64,000 bases of DNA from assembly GCA_014728085.1 (NCBI GenBank), contig WJMF01000164.1, positions 1,418 to 65,417 on the forward strand. Reading direction: 5' to 3'. Positions 57,740 to 64,000 of the stretch are shown in pieces. The position numbers and the translations under genes were made by a program. The notes beneath the pieces are model-generated. The model searched no databases. It saw only the letters and a program-made list of their open reading frames with translations, and had not been told where the DNA came from. Each line of letters opens with the position of its first letter. Position 1 is the stretch's first letter. The stretch comes from Candidatus Zhuqueibacterota bacterium (GTDB taxonomy: Bacteria; Zhuqueibacterota; Zhuqueibacteria; Residuimicrobiales; Oceaniaggregativiventaceae).

Positions 57740-59527
57740 ATGGCACCAGGAAAGAAAAAACAGCAGCAAGTACGGCTTGATGGTCTGGCCGTTTCTCCGG
57801 GTATCGCCATTGGTCCTGTTTATATAAAGGGGAGCAGCATAGAATATGTTGAGAAAAAAAAGCTGACTCCGGAGCAGGTAGAGAGCGAGATCGAAAAATT
57901 TCGGCATGCTATAGAGAACGCAAAAGTTGATATCGAGTGTTTACAGGAAAACGCCGAAAGATCTATAGGAGAGGATAATGCCAGGATATTCGATGCTCAC
58001 AAGCTTATGCTTGAAGATGAAATGATCGTTGACCAGACCATTGCGCGAATAAAAAACAATCTCGAAAACGCAGATTATGCCTTTTCCAGCGTTGTCGATA
58101 CGTTAGAGGCACAGATAAATTCTGCAGAGAGCGATTATTTAAAATCGCGATCGGTGGATCTCTTTGATATAAAGAGACGGGTGGTCGGACATATACTCGG
58201 CAGCGCGGACGAGTGTATTGTACGTTTTTCCAGTGCTGTAATTGTTGTTGCACGGGAGCTCACCCCTTCTGATACGATCAGTTTGGATCGAACCAATACC
58301 CTTGCTTTTGCGGTTGATTTAGGGGGTCAGACATCCCATGCCGCGATTATGGCCAGGGCGCTGAAAGTTCCATCTGTTGTGGGGTTGGGAAAGGCGTCCA
58401 AAACTCTGTCCACCGGAGACGAAGCCATTGTTGATGGTATAGATGGAACGCTCATCCTTTATCCGCGGGAAAAAACAAAGCGATTTTATCGTCAAAAACT
58501 GCAGCGCTACCATCGGTTTGAAGAAAAATTGTCCCGTATTCGAAAATTGCCTGCCCGGACAAAAGACGGAAAAGATATCGAGCTTGTGGCAAACATCGAG
58601 TTTCCGGAAGAGGCGGAGAGCATTCATGAGGAAGGTGCCCAGGGTGTCGGTTTGTACAGAACGGAATATTTGTTTTTAACCCGCAGTCAACTCCCCACAG
58701 AAGAAGAACAGTTTCAGGAATACAAACGCGTCATTGGTGCGATGAAACAACACCCCATTACTATCCGCACGCTGGATATCGGGGGAGATAAAAAACCCTC
58801 ATCCATACAGATTCCTGAAGAAGAGAATCCTTTTCTGGGGTTACGGGGAATCCGCTTATATAAAGATTATGAGGAGATGATAAACACTCAACTTCGTGCT
58901 ATACTGCGGGCAAGTGTATATGGTCAGGTTCGAATTCTTTTTCCGATGATCAATTCGGTTTATGAGATACGGCAATGCAAAGCTCTTGTCGAACAGGTTG
59001 CTGAGCAACTCGGGAATGAACAACTATCCTGTCAGGAAAATATATCGATCGGAGCGATGATTGAGGTGCCATCTTCCGCAATCATCGCTGACTATATTGC
59101 TGCAGAATGCGATTTTTTGAGTATCGGGACAAATGATCTTATTCAATATACACTGGCGGTGGATCGGGGGAATGAACATGTCGCCTATTTGTACCAGGGA
59201 TATCATCCGGCTATTTTGCGATTAATCCGGGATATCGTTGAAAAAGGGCATCAGCAAGGCGTATGGGTCGGTATGTGTGGAGAGCTTGCCAGCGATCCGC
59301 TGATAACGATGGTCCTGATCGGACTTGGTCTTGATGAGTTCAGCGTCAGTCCCATTTCCGTACCATTGATTAAAGAAATTATCCGCCGGGTAGAGTACAC
59401 CGAGTGCGAGAGCTTTGCAGATCGTGTTCTGGGATATGCGTCTGTGAAGGAGGTATCGACTTATCTTCACGAGGTGATGAATAAAAAATTCAAAGATCTC
59501 TTTGGCGGCGATTTGATACATCAGTAG
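57740..59527 (+). CDS. ptsI: Phosphoenolpyruvate-protein phosphotransferase (Enzyme I)
   Basis: 595 aa. Phospho-His region GGQTSHAAIMARALKVPSVVG. PEP-utilising domains. Confidence 0.92.
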   Translation: MAPGKKKQQQVRLDGLAVSPGIAIGPVYIKGSSIEYVEKKKLTPEQVESEIEKFRHAIENAKVDIECLQENAERSIGEDNARIFDAHKLMLEDEMIVDQTIARIKNNLENADYAFSSVVDTLEAQINSAESDYLKSRSVDLFDIKRRVVGHILGSADECIVRFSSAVIVVARELTPSDTISLDRTNTLAFAVDLGGQTSHAAIMARALKVPSVVGLGKASKTLSTGDEAIVDGIDGTLILYPREKTKRFYRQKLQRYHRFEEKLSRIRKLPARTKDGKDIELVANIEFPEEAESIHEEGAQGVGLYRTEYLFLTRSQLPTEEEQFQEYKRVIGAMKQHPITIRTLDIGGDKKPSSIQIPEEENPFLGLRGIRLYKDYEEMINTQLRAILRASVYGQVRILFPMINSVYEIRQCKALVEQVAEQLGNEQLSCQENISIGAMIEVPSSAIIADYIAAECDFLSIGTNDLIQYTLAVDRGNEHVAYLYQGYHPAILRLIRDIVEKGHQQGVWVGMCGELASDPLITMVLIGLGLDEFSVSPISVPLIKEIIRRVEYTECESFADRVLGYASVKEVSTYLHEVMNKKFKDLFGGDLIHQ

Positions 59528-59702
59528 CGATATCGGGAGGCAATAAAATTCTTTCATTCATTTTCCTCCTTTGAATAATTTCTTCTCCATACTCCGCAAA
59601 CCATCCTTTTTGCCGTATTGGTATAGAATAAATTTATTGCAACTCTACAGAAAAATGGCTACTTTTTTGGTATTTGAATAAATCAAAAAGGAGAGGAGAT
59701 AG

Positions 59703-60839
59703 ATGACACGAACACTATTCACTTCAGAATCGGTTACCGAAGGTCATCCGGACAAAATCGCGGATCAGGTTTCCGATGCAGTGCTGGATGCGGTAATGAA
59801 GGATGATCCCCGCGGACGGGTTGCATGTGAAACATTTGTTACCACCGGCCTTTGTCTTGTCGGAGGGGAAATAACGACCGAAACGTATGTCGACATACCC
59901 CGGCTGGTACGAAAAACCATACAATCGATAGGGTACACCAATCCAAGTTTTGGTTTTGATTATGAAAATTGCGCTGTCCTGACCACAATAGACCAGCAGT
60001 CGCCGGATATTGCCATGGGGGTGGATCGTTTGGGAGCAGGCGATCAGGGAATGATGTTTGGATTTGCGATTGATGAGACGCCGGAGTTAATGCCTTTACC
60101 CATATCTCTCGCTCACAAATTAACTCAAAAGCTGGCCATGGTCAGAAAACAGGGAATTTTACCTTATTTGCGGCCGGATGGCAAGTCTCAGGTTACTATT
60201 GAGTATCAGGATGACAAACCCCATTCCATTCATACGGTGGTTATTTCTACTCAACATGATCCTGATATCAGCATAAAGCAAATCAAAGAAGATGTTACAG
60301 AAAATGTTATTGACCCGGTGTTGCCAAAAGAGCTTATACAGGGAGAGGGTCCCATTATCCATATCAATCCGACCGGTCGTTTTGTTATTGGAGGGCCTCA
60401 GGGAGATGCCGGTTTGACCGGCCGTAAAATTATTGTCGATACTTATGGTGGATATTCCCGTCACGGTGGCGGCGCATTTTCCGGTAAGGATCCGACCAAA
60501 GTGGATCGTTCTGCTACATATGCTGCCCGGTATATCGCCAAAAATGTCGTTGCGGCGGAACTTGCAAAAAAAGTTGAAATTCAATTGGCCTATGCTATCG
60601 GTGTTGCTGAACCTGTTTCCATTTATGTCGATACGTTCGGTACCGGTCAAATCGACGACGAAGAGATTGCCAAGCTTATACGCAAAAATTTTGATTTGAC
60701 GCCTGATGGAATCATCAGCGCTCTGGATCTGCGCCGGCCGATCTATCTCAAGACCGCAGCTTACGGACATTTTGGACGTACAGATGTTGATTTTCCATGG
60801 GAACGAACCAATAAAGTGGCTGAATTACAAAAAGGATAA
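59703..60839 (+). CDS. metK: S-adenosylmethionine synthetase
   Basis: [15 protein letters not shown]-terminus, GGGAFSGKD and full MetK layout. Strong SD AGGAGAGGAG. Confidence 0.95.
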   Translation: MTRTLFTSESVTEGHPDKIADQVSDAVLDAVMKDDPRGRVACETFVTTGLCLVGGEITTETYVDIPRLVRKTIQSIGYTNPSFGFDYENCAVLTTIDQQSPDIAMGVDRLGAGDQGMMFGFAIDETPELMPLPISLAHKLTQKLAMVRKQGILPYLRPDGKSQVTIEYQDDKPHSIHTVVISTQHDPDISIKQIKEDVTENVIDPVLPKELIQGEGPIIHINPTGRFVIGGPQGDAGLTGRKIIVDTYGGYSRHGGGAFSGKDPTKVDRSATYAARYIAKNVVAAELAKKVEIQLAYAIGVAEPVSIYVDTFGTGQIDDEEIAKLIRKNFDLTPDGIISALDLRRPIYLKTAAYGHFGRTDVDFPWERTNKVAELQKG

Positions 60840-60842
60840 TAA

Positions 60843-62111
<1,269 letters not shown>

Positions 62112-62257
62112 TCTTTGATGTCTCGCCAGATGGGAGGCCACAGCAAAACGGACTCTTTTCAGCTATATCGGCGATTATTTGAATGGTTTCACGATGAAAC
62201 AAATAAATTTGTCTTTGATGTAAGCAAAACCGGCATTCGGACCGATCCCAAGGTTCG

Positions 62258-63589
62258 GTGTCGGGGATGCAGAGAGGGCCGTGGTTTATTTTTCGGATTA
62301 ATCTGACAAAGTTGAAAAAAAATCGTTTCTTTTGTTTGGTGCTTGTCGGACAATTTCTTGTCTTCGGCATATCCGAATTGTGGGGACAAAACGGGATGAG
62401 CATTGCTCGCGGTTTTGCACTGAGCGGTGCTTACAGCAACATGGCGATGGGAGCGGATGCCCCCTTTTATAACCCTGCAAATCTATCCTATAACCCCTAT
62501 TATGACTTTAGCATCAATCTGATCGGGATTGGATTCGAAACAGCGAATAATGCATTTAATTTAAATCAATATAAACGCTATAACGGCAACTATCTCGATG
62601 AAGCGTCAAAGCAAGATTTGCTAACCTCAATTCCGGATGGCCGCCTTTTTGTTATATCAGCCGGCGAAGCACAACTATTCAGCGCGCATTACAAATCATA
62701 TGCTTTTTCGATTTCGATGATCGGCGACGGCCGTGGGAATGTTGCCAGAGAGGTTTTCGAGCTGGCGCTGTGGGGAAATGAACTGGATCGTCTGTATCGG
62801 TTTTCCCCTATGCTGGGTCAGTCTTCGATGGCGGTTAAAGTCGGATTCTCCGGCGGGCAAACCCTTTTGCGGTCAAAAAAGTGGATTAGACATTTAGGCT
62901 TGGGTTTCGGTCTCTATTATCTGAGGGGAATGGCTTTTTTTGATATCAATCAATCACAAGTCTATTCACTCACCCGTTTTTCAAATGCTGATGCCTTTGG
63001 ACATTTAATTTCCGACAGCGCTGAAGGCGGGAACGGCATGACCTTTAACATCGGCTCCACATTAGAATTTACCGATTGCTGGCGGGTCGGCATCGGCGTG
63101 CAGGATGTTTTTTCATTTTTACATTGGAATCACGGATTGGAACAGTTACAGGCAAATTTTAAACTCTATGACGGTTTTGCAGATAATCTTTTGACCGAAC
63201 AGGGGGATTTTGATTCTCTTTTGGTCACTTCTGACACGACCCTGGCGCTTTCCTCGTTCACACAGGTATTGCCAAGGCGGTTGTTTATCGGCGTTGTCCA
63301 CGCCCACAAATGGATTTCTATTGCTCTCGAGTTCAACTATCATTATCATCGACTGGAGTATCTTCGATCTAACCGGGTGGCTATGGGATTTGAATTTCAT
63401 CCGAGTCAAATGATCAAGATCCGTTCCGGCATAAATTATGACGATCGCATCGGCGTTTCTTTATCAGCCGGCCTTGGAATCATATGGGGAGCGTTCCGGT
63501 GGGATTGGGGTATTCGCTTGAACAACGGCATGACAACGCCGCATATTCGTGGTATTGGGGCGGCAACTTCGTTCTCGTTGCATTATTAA
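62258..63589 (+). CDS. Putative outer-membrane beta-barrel protein
   Basis: Signal peptide (alternative TTG start 62312: KKNRFFCLVLVGQFLVFG). Alternating amphipathic beta pattern. Terminal ...SFSLHY aromatic residue. Confidence 0.6.
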   Translation: MSGMQRGPWFIFRINLTKLKKNRFFCLVLVGQFLVFGISELWGQNGMSIARGFALSGAYSNMAMGADAPFYNPANLSYNPYYDFSINLIGIGFETANNAFNLNQYKRYNGNYLDEASKQDLLTSIPDGRLFVISAGEAQLFSAHYKSYAFSISMIGDGRGNVAREVFELALWGNELDRLYRFSPMLGQSSMAVKVGFSGGQTLLRSKKWIRHLGLGFGLYYLRGMAFFDINQSQVYSLTRFSNADAFGHLISDSAEGGNGMTFNIGSTLEFTDCWRVGIGVQDVFSFLHWNHGLEQLQANFKLYDGFADNLLTEQGDFDSLLVTSDTTLALSSFTQVLPRRLFIGVVHAHKWISIALEFNYHYHRLEYLRSNRVAMGFEFHPSQMIKIRSGINYDDRIGVSLSAGLGIIWGAFRWDWGIRLNNGMTTPHIRGIGAATSFSLHY

Positions 63590-63617
63590 TCGGAATTATA
63601 TAACAGGGAATGTACAA

Positions 63618-63646
63618 GGCCGTCGCATTCCACGGCGGCCTTTGTG
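63618..63646. terminator. Putative rho-independent terminator between convergent genes
   Basis: GGCCGTCG-cattcca-CGGCGGCC (8-bp stem with one G:U) followed by TTTGTG. The T-run is weak. Confidence 0.4.
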
Positions 63647-63651
63647 AATGC

Positions 63652-63948
63652 TCAATCTTTGTTTACCATATATTCATACCTTTTGATAAATTGATCAGAT
63701 GTGAGGTGGGCATAATCCGCCATTTTTTTCAGGAATTTCGTTTCTTTTAAATCTCTTTCTTCCAGGCGAACCATGTAACTTTTGGCGACTTTATAGTAAT
63801 CGCTTTCAATATTAACATAGCGAACCGATGTCTTTTTTGTTTTCGGGTCCAGAATATCCTTGAATTTGAGCGGCATGACTTTACCATTATCGACACAAAT
63901 CATGGCATTGTCCTGAAAGTCCGGAGCGTCGTTTAGAAGATAATTCAC
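63652..63948 (-). CDS. Hypothetical protein (98 aa or longer; may extend beyond the window edge)
   Basis: Lys/Glu-rich ORF convergent with the beta-barrel gene. No recognisable family. Confidence 0.4.
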   Translation of the reverse strand: MNYLLNDAPDFQDNAMICVDNGKVMPLKFKDILDPKTKKTSVRYVNIESDYYKVAKSYMVRLEERDLKETKFLKKMADYAHLTSDQFIKRYEYMVNKD

Positions 63949-64000
63949 TGCATGGTAGCCGAGGTCACGGGTGTATTCCTGATCGAATGGAATGGGATCC

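Noticed and set aside
59528-59702. Possible SAM riboswitch or terminator in the ptsI-metK intergenic region.
   Set aside because: No SAM-I or SAM-II conserved core. Only a weak GGGAGG/CCTCC pairing with a long loop and no T-run.

Overview
This 64 kb window is chromosomal DNA from a Gram-negative (diderm) bacterium. Lipid A genes (lpxB, lpxK, LpxL-like and LpxJ-like acyltransferases, GT9 heptosyltransferases) show the outer membrane. A protein with a C-terminal type IX secretion (T9SS) sorting domain points to the FCB superphylum. Strong Shine-Dalgarno sites (AAGGAGG) and about 45% GC make a classical Bacteroidia origin less likely. No transposases, integrases, phage genes, CRISPR arrays, tRNAs or rRNAs were found. 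Gene density is very high and many neighbours overlap by 4 nt (ATGA/GTGA).

The window has three blocks.
1. 0.4-16 kb, plus strand: a cell-envelope glycosylation locus. It holds a TPR lipoprotein, a GtrB/CsbB-like GT2, two GT4-type glycosyltransferases, a SAM methyltransferase, two paralogous YfhO-family GT-C membrane proteins flanking an opposite-strand Wzx-like flippase, a two-TM sensor histidine kinase and an SDR reductase.
2. 16-41 kb, minus strand: a co-directional block of about 25 kb of tightly coupled genes. It carries LPS core and lipid A genes, tsaC, a membrane HExxH protein, two tandem receiver-DUF4388 (PATAN) proteins, a zf-HC2 anti-sigma-like protein with a divergent 361-aa partner, a sigma-54 activator, leuCD, hemW, lepB, an ABC transporter and lepA.
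3. 41-64 kb: a secreted-protease and peptide-scavenging cluster (tricorn protease homologue, S9 DPP-IV-like peptidase, transglutaminase-like protein, D-serine-deaminase-like PLP enzyme, T9SS cargo, TonB-dependent receptor). This is followed by ppiD, an incomplete mannose-family PTS (IIC, IID, HPr, EI), metK-ahcY and an outer-membrane beta-barrel protein.

The strongest candidates for new biology are:
- the three-component periplasmic glycosylation system (GT2, flippase, two YfhO GT-C paralogs) in a diderm, translationally coupled to an orphan histidine kinase;
- the REC-PATAN tandem with an anti-sigma-like pair and a nearby perfect palindrome;
- a Gfo/Idh/MocA oxidoreductase coupled to lpxB (GnnA-like), which may mean a GlcN3N-type lipid A.
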